From a virus: 41,659 bases of DNA. The notes beneath the pieces were generated by a model that did not search any database, was not told the origin of the DNA, and was given only the letters and a program-made list of their open reading frames with translations. The first letter of the stretch is position 1. Each line of letters opens with the position of its first letter. The stretch spans positions 1 to 41,659 of the IMG/VR virus record IMGVR_UViG_3300032144_000026. The stretch is one strand, 5' to 3'. A program made the position numbers and the translations under genes. Below, piece by piece: positions 7,748 to 16,128 of the stretch.

Positions 7748-8713
7748 ATGGCATTCGCCAACGCCAACATCTCCGACATCATGGCGACTACGATTGAAAA
7801 GCGTAGCCGCAAAGTCGCAGATAACGTCACCAAAAACAACGCGATGCTGATGAAGTTCCAGCAACGTGGACGCTCGCGCCCCTTCAGCGGCGGTCGCCTT
7901 ATCTACGAAGAACTGTCCTTCGCGGAGAACGGCAACGCCGGGTTCTACAGCGGGTATGACCTGCTGCCGGTCGCTGCGCAAGATGTGATTTCCGCTGCGC
8001 AGTACGATATCAAGCAGGCCGCGTGCCCGGTCGTCATCTCTGGTCTGGAAATGCTGCAAAACGCAGGCCCAGAACAAATGATCGACCTGCTGACCGCTCG
8101 TATCGACGTCGCTGAATCCACCATGCAGAACCTGATCTGCGGTGGCCTCTACTCCAACGGCACCGCCTTCGGCGGCAAGCAAATCGTTGGCCTGGACGCT
8201 GCTGTCCCCCTCGACCCGACCACGGGCGTATACGGGGGCATCGACCGCGCGACCTGGACCTTCTGGCGTTCCAAAATCCGCAACGTTGCCAACACGACCA
8301 CACTGCTCGCTGACATGAACTTCCTGTGGGCGTCTCTGCAACGCGGTGCTGACCGCCCAGACATCATCCTGGCCGACAACGTCGTATGGCAGGCATACGT
8401 CGCTGCTCTGCAAGCTCAACAACGCTTCACCAGTGCTGACGTCGGCAACCTAGGCTTCCCTACCATCAAGTACATGGACTGCGACTTCGTCCTGGACGGT
8501 GGCATCGGCGGCTTCTGCCCGGCAGGTACGGCGTTCATGCTGAACACCAAATATCTGCACTACCGTCCGCACAGTGCCCGGAACTTCGTGTCGCTGTCGC
8601 CGAACAAACGCTACTCCATCAACCAGGACGCCGAAGTTCAGATTCTTGCATGGGCCGGGAATTTGACGGTTTCGGGCAGCCAGTTCCAAGGCCGTCTCGA
8701 CGTCAACCCATAA
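7748..8713 (+). CDS. Major capsid protein
   Basis: 321 aa with a strong SD, located after the scaffold gene. The sequence resembles podovirus HK97-fold coat proteins (NNAMLMKFQQRG...GGRLIYEEL). Confidence 0.8.
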   Translation: MAFANANISDIMATTIEKRSRKVADNVTKNNAMLMKFQQRGRSRPFSGGRLIYEELSFAENGNAGFYSGYDLLPVAAQDVISAAQYDIKQAACPVVISGLEMLQNAGPEQMIDLLTARIDVAESTMQNLICGGLYSNGTAFGGKQIVGLDAAVPLDPTTGVYGGIDRATWTFWRSKIRNVANTTTLLADMNFLWASLQRGADRPDIILADNVVWQAYVAALQAQQRFTSADVGNLGFPTIKYMDCDFVLDGGIGGFCPAGTAFMLNTKYLHYRPHSARNFVSLSPNKRYSINQDAEVQILAWAGNLTVSGSQFQGRLDVNP

Positions 8714-8756
8714 TCTGGTTAATGGGCCAAGGACTGGCCCACCTAGGAGGTTAAAG

Positions 8757-9137
8757 ATGCCGGGTTTAGGCAGACAGTTCTCTAAGAAGCATGGGTGGGG
8801 AGGTACTCCCACCTATAATTCTTGGAAGAAGATGAAGTACCGCTGCTGCAACCCGGATAATCCTGACTATCCAAATTACGGCGGTAGAGGCATTAAGGTT
8901 TGTGATAGATGGATCGATGATGTTTGCGCTTTCGTTGAGGATATGGGGGTAAGACCCCTTGGGTACTCTCTCGAACGCAAGGATGTTAACGGTGATTATT
9001 GTCCTGACAACTGCGAGTGGATTCCTCTGGCAGATCAGTCTAAGAACCGCCGTCCATGGAGCCATACGAAAGAGGGTTTGGCAAGAATCTCCGCCGCAAG
9101 ATCAGCTACACGGCGAATTGACGCCGTAGGAGGATAA
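8757..9137 (+). CDS. Free-standing HNH/AP2-like homing endonuclease
   Basis: Signature TPTYNSWKKMKYRCCNPDNPDYPNYGGRGIKVCDRW...DMG..P.GYSLERKDVNGDYCPDNCEWIP..DQSKNRR. Strong RBS (AGGAGG). It is inserted between the capsid gene and the next virion gene. Confidence 0.7.
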   Translation: MPGLGRQFSKKHGWGGTPTYNSWKKMKYRCCNPDNPDYPNYGGRGIKVCDRWIDDVCAFVEDMGVRPLGYSLERKDVNGDYCPDNCEWIPLADQSKNRRPWSHTKEGLARISAARSATRRIDAVGG

Positions 9138-9141
9138 ACCA

Positions 9142-9741
9142 GTGCCAGCACTGAATATGGGGTCCCCCGCCGTACCGGCTGGCAACCCCTCCACCGGATT
9201 GTTCGTCATCATGGATCCTATGAGCGGACCAAAGGGCTCTCCGTTTGACGCTAAGTCCTACCATCCTACCACTCAACTTTTGGTGGCGGATCCGACCAAC
9301 TACTCCACGGGGGCGTTGTCCACCGGGATTGGGTTTGGATCACCCCCAATTATCGGCCCAACCGCACCGGCTTCCATTAGCGCTGCTGGCTTCACCGATA
9401 ACTATGTGCCGGGAGAAACTTTCCCGGATGGAGTAACTCCTGCCACGGATGCCCGTCACCTCTATATCGGGGGTGGCCGGTCCTTCCCAGCGATCAACGG
9501 CATTGCTCTTGACAATATGTGGAGCATGTCGCCAATCGCAGCCTTCGGCAACGGCGCAAGCCGTGACGCAGGTGCTGGTCCGGCGTTCACTGGGTTTGGC
9601 ATGAAGATGGTCACCGCTACCGGCGCAGTCGCAACTGGCGGCGTGGTAGAGACTGGCTTCACTAACCGCTCCGGCTTAGCGCTGACCACTGGTCAGTCGG
9701 TGTTCGGTAGCGCCGTGGCGGCATCAGCCGCACCGGTCTAA
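9142..9741 (+). CDS. Hypothetical virion protein (possible capsid decoration or head fibre), GTG start
   Basis: AGGAGGA lies 7 nt upstream of the GTG. The protein is Gly/Ala/Pro/Thr-rich. It is followed by a terminator, as is usual after highly expressed capsid genes. Confidence 0.7.
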   Translation: MPALNMGSPAVPAGNPSTGLFVIMDPMSGPKGSPFDAKSYHPTTQLLVADPTNYSTGALSTGIGFGSPPIIGPTAPASISAAGFTDNYVPGETFPDGVTPATDARHLYIGGGRSFPAINGIALDNMWSMSPIAAFGNGASRDAGAGPAFTGFGMKMVTATGAVATGGVVETGFTNRSGLALTTGQSVFGSAVAASAAPV

Positions 9742-9746
9742 TATAA

Positions 9747-9764
9747 GCGCCCCTTCGGGGGCGC
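9747..9764 (+). terminator. Hairpin terminator or attenuator after the capsid gene block
   Basis: gcgcccc ttcg ggggcgc: a 7-bp GC stem with a TTCG loop, followed by acttct, which is a weak U-tract. Confidence 0.55.
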
Positions 9765-9784
9765 ACTTCTAAAAAGGTGCCAAA

Positions 9785-10327
9785 ATGCGTGAGACATTCG
9801 AATTTGACGTATCGGACTTTGAGAACCCAAATAACAACAGTGGTGTCTATGCCCACTTCTATTTGACCACTCGAGAAGATCCTGTACAGAGCGCGGCAGC
9901 CGGACGTCCGATCTACGTAGAGAAAGAATACGTGAAGATCATCTCCGCTGGGAGTGCCAACAACATTATTGACAAACCTGTTAGCGACCATGAGCGCAAC
10001 AGGTTTCGTGAGCAGTATGCGAAGTTCAAGGCAGGAGACAAAGAGCAACTCACTGGCACCCCCTTGTCGGAAGTGCCATGGATCACCCGCTCTCAAGTGG
10101 ATGAGCTCCTGTATCGCAAGATTCGTACGTTGGAGCAGTTGGCGGGGATGGATGACCAATACTGCAACGCCCCAGGAATGTATGACCTCAAGCGCAAGGC
10201 GGCGGCATGGCTCGTCAAGTCCAAAGAAGCTGCCCCCTTCACCGCCATGCAGGCTGAAATGGATGCTCTACGTGCTGAACTGGATGCTTTGAAGAAACTT
10301 CCGCCAGAGGCTAAGAAGCAAGGTTAA
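9785..10327 (+). CDS. Hypothetical virion-module protein (180 aa) with a C-terminal coiled coil
   Basis: ORF in the structural operon. The C-terminus AMQAEMDALRAELDALKK looks like a coiled coil. Confidence 0.8.
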   Translation: MRETFEFDVSDFENPNNNSGVYAHFYLTTREDPVQSAAAGRPIYVEKEYVKIISAGSANNIIDKPVSDHERNRFREQYAKFKAGDKEQLTGTPLSEVPWITRSQVDELLYRKIRTLEQLAGMDDQYCNAPGMYDLKRKAAAWLVKSKEAAPFTAMQAEMDALRAELDALKKLPPEAKKQG

Positions 10328-10390
10328 GGGGTCTTCCCTACGGTCCAGTAAGGCAGGCACCCGGTAGCTGGACTGATTTACGGAGGTATC

Positions 10391-11101
10391 ATGGCAACGG
10401 CACTTGAAATCATCAACGCGGCTTGCCATGAACTTGGTCTGCCGACCGTGTCGCTTAGTGGGGCCACTGGCGACACACTTGGCTCACAATCCCTGGCTCT
10501 GCTTAACGCGCTGGGCCAGGAGCTTGTGCGCATCCACGACTGGCAATTCCTTGAAAAGGTCATGACTTTCACGGGGGACGGTATCGTCTCCGAGTTTGAC
10601 CTGCCCGCTGATTTCGGTCGCCAAGTCAACCAAACCCAATGGGCGACCTCCATGCGCCGCCCTATGATGGGTCCTGACAGCCCACAAGTGTGGAGTTGGT
10701 CGCAGTACGGCATCGTCAGCACTGGCGTCTACTTCCGCTATCGCATCCTTGGCAACAAGTATCATGTCTTCCCGCTGCCGGGGGTTAACGAAGAGTTCGC
10801 GCTGTACTATATCAGCAAGAATTGGGTTCTTGACCAAGACCCGCCAACCAACTACAAGGACCACATCACTAAAACAGGGGACACCCCCCTGTTTGACGAG
10901 CGCCTGATGATCAGTGGCCTGAAGATCAAACTGTGGGCGCAGAAAGGCTTTGACACCACTGTCCTGCAGGACGAATTCAACTACTTGCTGGCGATCGTGA
11001 AGGCGCAAACGCAGGGTGCGAGGGTCATTGACCTGACCGGTAGCTGCCGGACCCTGTATATCAGCTGGACAAACATCCCAGAGTCCGGGTTCGGAGGTTG
11101 A
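10391..11101 (+). CDS. Putative head-tail adaptor or tail tubular A-like protein (positional call)
   Basis: 236 aa with GGAGG upstream. The call rests on its position in a T7-like gene order. Confidence 0.75.
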   Translation: MATALEIINAACHELGLPTVSLSGATGDTLGSQSLALLNALGQELVRIHDWQFLEKVMTFTGDGIVSEFDLPADFGRQVNQTQWATSMRRPMMGPDSPQVWSWSQYGIVSTGVYFRYRILGNKYHVFPLPGVNEEFALYYISKNWVLDQDPPTNYKDHITKTGDTPLFDERLMISGLKIKLWAQKGFDTTVLQDEFNYLLAIVKAQTQGARVIDLTGSCRTLYISWTNIPESGFGG

Positions 11102-11102
11102 G

Positions 11103-12701
11103 ATGACCTACAGTCGTGGCTCTGCCCAGCGCCGGGTATCGCAGATCAAGTCCGTCCTTGCCCCCCTTGGGGGCATCAACGATATCGACCCCCTTGCCAA
11201 CATGGGAGAGGAGTTCTGCATCCAGCTGTTGAACTGGATTCCAGGGAACATGGCGCTCCAGGCCCGTCAGGGCTACCGTGAGTGGTGTACTGGTCTCGGT
11301 AAGCCTGTCCGCACCCTGATGAACTACAACAGCATGGGCGGCGACCTGAAGCTCTTTGCCACCACTGACAGCGCTATCTACGAAGTGACGGCTAGCTCTG
11401 CCACGCCCCCAGTGTCCAAGGTGATCACGCAGGGCTACTTCAAGTATATCAACTTCGGTACCGTCGCTGTGCAGTACCTTGTCGCGGTGAACGGCACCAC
11501 TGACCCGTCGCTGCTGTACAACGGCACCTCCTGGATTGAAATGACCCAGACGGAGACCCCCACAACTCCCGGTCAAATCAAGGGCACCAACCCTAATCTG
11601 TTCTCCCACGTGATGTCGTTTAAGCGGCGCCTGTGGTTCGTGCAGGACAGCTCTATGACGGCTTGGTATCTGCCCATAGACAGCGTTGGCGGCGAAGCCA
11701 AGCCCTTCTACCTGACCAGCGTGTTCAAGCGCGGTGGGCGTCTCCTGTACATCGTCGACTGGACGGTGGATGGCGGCGAGGACATTGACAACAAACTGGT
11801 CTTCGTCAGCAGCAATGGCGAGGTGGCAATCTACTCCGGAACCGACCCAGACAACACCGAGACTTGGTCTTTGGACGCCGTGTTCTTCATGGGGCGCCCT
11901 ACTGGCGACAAGTCCTTCACAGAGTTCGGCGGGGATGTGTTCCTGAACACCTCGTATGGCATTGTGCCCCTGTCCAAAGTGCTGGTAGGCAAGATGCAGG
12001 AGTCGCCCAACCAACAGGCGATCTCCAAGCGTATCAGCCGCACGTTGAACTCTCTGATCCTCACTAAGAAATACCCGCCTAACTGGGAGCTCCATAACTT
12101 CCCGATGCTCCAGGCGGTGGTGCTGATCATCCCCCCTAGCGGCACCGAGCCAGCGATTCAGTTCGTGATGAACTCCCTTACGGGGGCGTGGACGCGCCTG
12201 GACATCCCGGTCAACTGCGGCATGGTGGCTAGAGATACCTTCTACTTTGGCACTGCAGATGGGCGTGTCTGCCAGTACGGCAACGGCAACTATCTGGACA
12301 ATGTGAAGCTGGACGGCACTGGTGGCGAGCCAGTCATCTGCAGTCTGTTCAGCGCATACAATTACATGGACGACCCAGGCAGTCTCAAGCACTGGAAACT
12401 CATCCGCCCCATCTTCCAATCCGACCAGCCCCCAAGCTATCTGGTTCACCTTAACGTTGACTACGATACGGCGGCGCTGGCTGGCAACCCGGCCCCACCG
12501 GGTGAAGAGCAAACGAACCCAATATGGGACGTTGCAATATGGGATCAAGCGTTCTGGTCGTCTTCCTTTACTGTCTTCCGTCCGTGGGTCGGAGTATCGG
12601 CGTTGGGATTCGCTTGTGCCCTACTTATGAAGGCCGCCACCAACGACGAGACGACACTGGTAGCCATAGAGTTTGTCTATGAAATTGGTGGTGCCATATG
12701 A
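11103..12701 (+). CDS. Putative tail tube/nozzle protein (positional call)
   Basis: 532 aa. The start is 1 nt after the upstream stop, and the stop overlaps the next start (ATGA). Confidence 0.75.
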   Translation: MTYSRGSAQRRVSQIKSVLAPLGGINDIDPLANMGEEFCIQLLNWIPGNMALQARQGYREWCTGLGKPVRTLMNYNSMGGDLKLFATTDSAIYEVTASSATPPVSKVITQGYFKYINFGTVAVQYLVAVNGTTDPSLLYNGTSWIEMTQTETPTTPGQIKGTNPNLFSHVMSFKRRLWFVQDSSMTAWYLPIDSVGGEAKPFYLTSVFKRGGRLLYIVDWTVDGGEDIDNKLVFVSSNGEVAIYSGTDPDNTETWSLDAVFFMGRPTGDKSFTEFGGDVFLNTSYGIVPLSKVLVGKMQESPNQQAISKRISRTLNSLILTKKYPPNWELHNFPMLQAVVLIIPPSGTEPAIQFVMNSLTGAWTRLDIPVNCGMVARDTFYFGTADGRVCQYGNGNYLDNVKLDGTGGEPVICSLFSAYNYMDDPGSLKHWKLIRPIFQSDQPPSYLVHLNVDYDTAALAGNPAPPGEEQTNPIWDVAIWDQAFWSSSFTVFRPWVGVSALGFACALLMKAATNDETTLVAIEFVYEIGGAI

Positions 12702-13144
12702 AGACGATCGATTGTACAACCTTGTTTCTCCCTCTGCTTTGTACTATACTGAAGTACACGCCGACCAGCATGGCTCAGTGTATCGTGTGCTTGGAGGATG
12801 GTAAGGCTATCGCAGGGGTGATCTACGACGGCTACAACGAGTGGAGCATCAGCGCCCATATCTGGGTTGATGATGGCAAAATCCCCTCCAGAGCGTGGTA
12901 CGCAGCAATCTTCGACTACCCGTTTAATCGGCTAGAAGTGAAGAAGCTTATCGGGCAGGTGAACTCCAGTAACGAGGAGGCTAGCCGCCTTGATACGCAC
13001 CTTGGGTTCGTAGAAGAGGCGCGGGTAACGGACTACTCAGAGGCTGGAGACTTGATTATCTACACCATGACACGAGAGCAGTGTCGCATACTGAACTCAC
13101 CGTCGTGGTCCCGTGTCGTTAGTATGTTGGCGAGGGTCGCATAA
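12698..13144 (+). CDS. GNAT-like acetyltransferase-fold protein embedded in the virion module
   Basis: The C-terminal pattern KKLIGQVNSSNEEASRLDTHLGFVEEARV resembles the GNAT beta4-alpha3/alpha4 region. No clear R/QxxGxG/A loop was seen. The gene is translationally coupled on both sides (ATGA and TAATG). Confidence 0.45.
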   Translation: MKTIDCTTLFLPLLCTILKYTPTSMAQCIVCLEDGKAIAGVIYDGYNEWSISAHIWVDDGKIPSRAWYAAIFDYPFNRLEVKKLIGQVNSSNEEASRLDTHLGFVEEARVTDYSEAGDLIIYTMTREQCRILNSPSWSRVVSMLARVA

Positions 13145-14217
13145 TGGGTGGCGGAAAGAAATCAAAGGCTCCGGCAACGCCCAACTATGAGGCATTGCAA
13201 CAGTCAGACGCTCTGGCCAATAGGCTCACGGCGCAAGAGATCACGAAGTGGAACCGACCGACTCAGATCGACCAGTTCGGCAACACGCTGAGTTGGACCC
13301 AGGATGCCAATGGTAACTGGACCCAGCGCCAATCGCTCGGTTCGGCGTTCAAGTCTGGGCAGACCAATGCTCTCAACGCCTACAACAACGCGGCTAGTCA
13401 GGTCTCGAAGCAGGGGGGCTTCACTGCCCCCTCCATGACGCTGGTGAACAACTCGCTGGCTGACCTGCGTGATGACCCCAACTTCGTCAACACTGCGGGG
13501 GCCATCAAGGACTTTGCGAACACCGCTGGCGCGATTGGTAACTTCGACAAGACCCAAGGCGACAAAGTCGCCAAGGATATGTACGCGTCGGCCCTTAGCC
13601 GCATCGCCCCCGATCAGGCTAAGTCCAAGGAGGCGTTGGACGTCAAGCTGCGCTTGCAAGGCCTCCAGCCCGGTACTGAGGCCTACAACCGTGCGATGAA
13701 GAACGAGATGACTTCGCAGGGGGACGTCCTCGCCAAGCTGGGCCTGGACTCCACCGCTGCCGGTTATCAGGCTGCGCAGGACATCTACAACACCAACCTC
13801 GGTGGACAGAACCAGCGCTACAATCAATTGCTTGGCACCTACGGGGCGAATTTGCAGGGCCAGAATCAAAGATTCCAACAGGCTGCTGATACCTTTGGCA
13901 TCAACTCTGACCAGAACTACAGGGCGCTCCAAGCTTCTATGGCAGCCCAGAAGCAACAGTATGACCAAGCCTTGCAGAACTACGCGCTGCCAATGGAACG
14001 TGCTCAGGCAGCCGCTCAGCTGTTTGGTAGCGCCCCCGGCGCCCAGTGGCAAGGCTTCAGCGGCGCCACCGGCTACAACCCCGCTGACATGACGGGGGCG
14101 GCTCAGGCTGGCTATCAGGCCAAGATGGGTAACGTCAACGCTCAGGCTGGCAAGAAGAACAGTATGCTCGGTGCTGGCGGCATGCTTGGCGGCGGCATCA
14201 TCGGAGGGCTCTTGTAA
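13144..14217 (+). CDS. Internal virion/ejection-like protein, Gln/Asn-rich with a Gly-rich hydrophobic C-terminus
   Basis: Internal repeats NTAGAI(K/G)(D/N)F and GQNQR(Y/F). The C-terminus is GAGGMLGGGIIGGLL. The call also rests on position in the operon. Confidence 0.7.
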   Translation: MGGGKKSKAPATPNYEALQQSDALANRLTAQEITKWNRPTQIDQFGNTLSWTQDANGNWTQRQSLGSAFKSGQTNALNAYNNAASQVSKQGGFTAPSMTLVNNSLADLRDDPNFVNTAGAIKDFANTAGAIGNFDKTQGDKVAKDMYASALSRIAPDQAKSKEALDVKLRLQGLQPGTEAYNRAMKNEMTSQGDVLAKLGLDSTAAGYQAAQDIYNTNLGGQNQRYNQLLGTYGANLQGQNQRFQQAADTFGINSDQNYRALQASMAAQKQQYDQALQNYALPMERAQAAAQLFGSAPGAQWQGFSGATGYNPADMTGAAQAGYQAKMGNVNAQAGKKNSMLGAGGMLGGGIIGGLL

Positions 14218-14894
14218 TGGCAGCTTATGGGAACGGCATCTTTGGCAGATCAGCCGTAGCAGCGGCCCTCCGCCAACCAAATCAGCCCCCCGCTGGCGGC
14301 GGCACCGTCCAGGGAAATGCTATGGGCGGACTGCGCGCGGACAGCGGCACTGGCGATCAGGTTTCTCAAATGGGGCAGCAATACTCTAACCCCATTGACA
14401 TGAACACGGCCAGCAACATCGCTAAGTATCTCCGCGGTGCTCAGGGCGCAGGGTCTGTAACCGGGGCCGAGATCGGCAATGCTGCGAACGTCTACGGGCC
14501 AGAAGTCGCCAAGATGGGCGGCAACGTGGCTATGGGGGCTGACGGAGCATCCGTGGGCGGTGGCGGATTCATGGGTAAACTTGGTTCGTTGTTCGGAGGT
14601 GGCGGTGGCTCGGCTGGTGGTGCTGGTTCTGGTGCTCTCGGCGCTGGTGGTGGCCTTGCAGGTCTGGCTGCTCTTAGCTTCCTAGGCGACAAAGAAATGA
14701 ATGAAAACCCCAACAGCATGATCAACGCCGACAAGCTCAACGACATGGGCACGATTGGCAGTAGTGGCATTGGCCTGCGCGCCGGGGACTTTGCCAACGC
14801 CTTCAACCCCGCTACTTGGGTAAGTGACCCTAAGAAGGGTGCCAAGGCGATGGGCAATGCGTTCACCTTTGGCCTGCTCGACAAGATTCTGTAA
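14217..14894 (+). CDS. Gly-rich internal virion-like protein
   Basis: TAATG coupling to the upstream gene, and a GGGGFMGKLGSLFGGGGGSAGGAGSGALGAGGGLAGLAAL segment. Confidence 0.7.
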   Translation: MAAYGNGIFGRSAVAAALRQPNQPPAGGGTVQGNAMGGLRADSGTGDQVSQMGQQYSNPIDMNTASNIAKYLRGAQGAGSVTGAEIGNAANVYGPEVAKMGGNVAMGADGASVGGGGFMGKLGSLFGGGGGSAGGAGSGALGAGGGLAGLAALSFLGDKEMNENPNSMINADKLNDMGTIGSSGIGLRAGDFANAFNPATWVSDPKKGAKAMGNAFTFGLLDKIL

Positions 14895-14904
14895 GGAGTA
14901 ACCC

Positions 14905-16122
14905 ATGGACTTCGTCGGTGATTACAAAACCAAGAAACTCCTGGCGGAGAAACTTCGTGACCGCCAGAAGACGCTGCTTGGTTCACAGGTTGACATGGGA
15001 CCAATCGTCACCCCAGGACAGGGCGCGGCCCCCACTCAGATCCAGGCTAACCCGTGGGGCGCTATCGCGAATCTCGGTATGTCGTATCTGGGGGCCAAAG
15101 CTGGCCAGAAAGCGGAAGCCGCAGAGCAAGAAGCGCAGCAAGCCCGTATGCAGGCTCTCGAAGGGCTTATGGGCCAACAGGGCGCGGGTAATGCCCCCGG
15201 CCAACCCGGTGCTTTGGGCGGTGGGCCACGCAAATTGAACGTTCAAGAGCTTATGCAGCTTAGCGACCTTGGTTTGCCTGATCAAGTGCTTAAGAAGATC
15301 GCCCCGGACGACCCTTCGCTGGGGGCGATCACTCAAGCAGCCGCGACTCCGCAGGGCATAGATGCTCTTGTGGCTACCGGCGTGTGGACCAAGGAGCAGG
15401 GCGACGCAGCCAAGGCCGCTGGTAAGCAGGCCATGATTGAAGCCCGTGATGCAGAGCTCGACCTGTACAAGCAGAAGAAACAGATTGATCAGCAGTATCG
15501 CCCACCAACCGCCGGTCGCGGCCCTACCGCGTTTGACCAGAAATTGGCGCTATACAAAAACGACCGCGAGACCTACAATGCGCTGTTCGGCGACAAGGCC
15601 CCCGGCGCGGCTGGTGGCAAAGGCAAGTCCAAGGGCGACCCGGTGGCCGAGAACAACAAGATGCGTAAGCAGGTTGATGAAGCTGAGCGCTTGATACAGG
15701 ATCCTAAGAACGCCAAGATGTTCAGCCAAGGCCAGCGCAACGTAGGGGCCATTATTGACTGGAAGAATCAGAATCCAGGCAACCTGCTCCCTCTCTTGGC
15801 CAACACTGTAGCCGGGCCAATGGAGCATCCGGGGGCAGCAGCTCTGCGCCGCCTTGGTACGGAGCAGGCGTTTGCTCGGGTCAAGGAACTGTACCCTGCG
15901 TCCAACAGCGACATCGCGCTGGCACGCAGTCTGGCTGCCAACATCAACCAGAGCCCAGAGGCCGCGCAGGCGTATATCGACCAGATGCGCTACATGATGG
16001 ACGAATACCCAGAGGCCTTCGGCGAAGCCCCTGTACAGCGCAAGCCTCGCGGTGGTCCAGGTCAGGCGGATGGTGAAGGTGTAGGTGCCGGGGCCGACGG
16101 CGGTTGGTCCATTGAGGAGTAA
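14905..16122 (+). CDS. Internal virion-like protein (405 aa)
   Basis: AAGGAG RBS. The protein is Ala/Gln/Gly-rich. Function is inferred from position. Confidence 0.7.
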   Translation: MDFVGDYKTKKLLAEKLRDRQKTLLGSQVDMGPIVTPGQGAAPTQIQANPWGAIANLGMSYLGAKAGQKAEAAEQEAQQARMQALEGLMGQQGAGNAPGQPGALGGGPRKLNVQELMQLSDLGLPDQVLKKIAPDDPSLGAITQAAATPQGIDALVATGVWTKEQGDAAKAAGKQAMIEARDAELDLYKQKKQIDQQYRPPTAGRGPTAFDQKLALYKNDRETYNALFGDKAPGAAGGKGKSKGDPVAENNKMRKQVDEAERLIQDPKNAKMFSQGQRNVGAIIDWKNQNPGNLLPLLANTVAGPMEHPGAAALRRLGTEQAFARVKELYPASNSDIALARSLAANINQSPEAAQAYIDQMRYMMDEYPEAFGEAPVQRKPRGGPGQADGEGVGAGADGGWSIEE

Positions 16123-16128
16123 TGAAGG

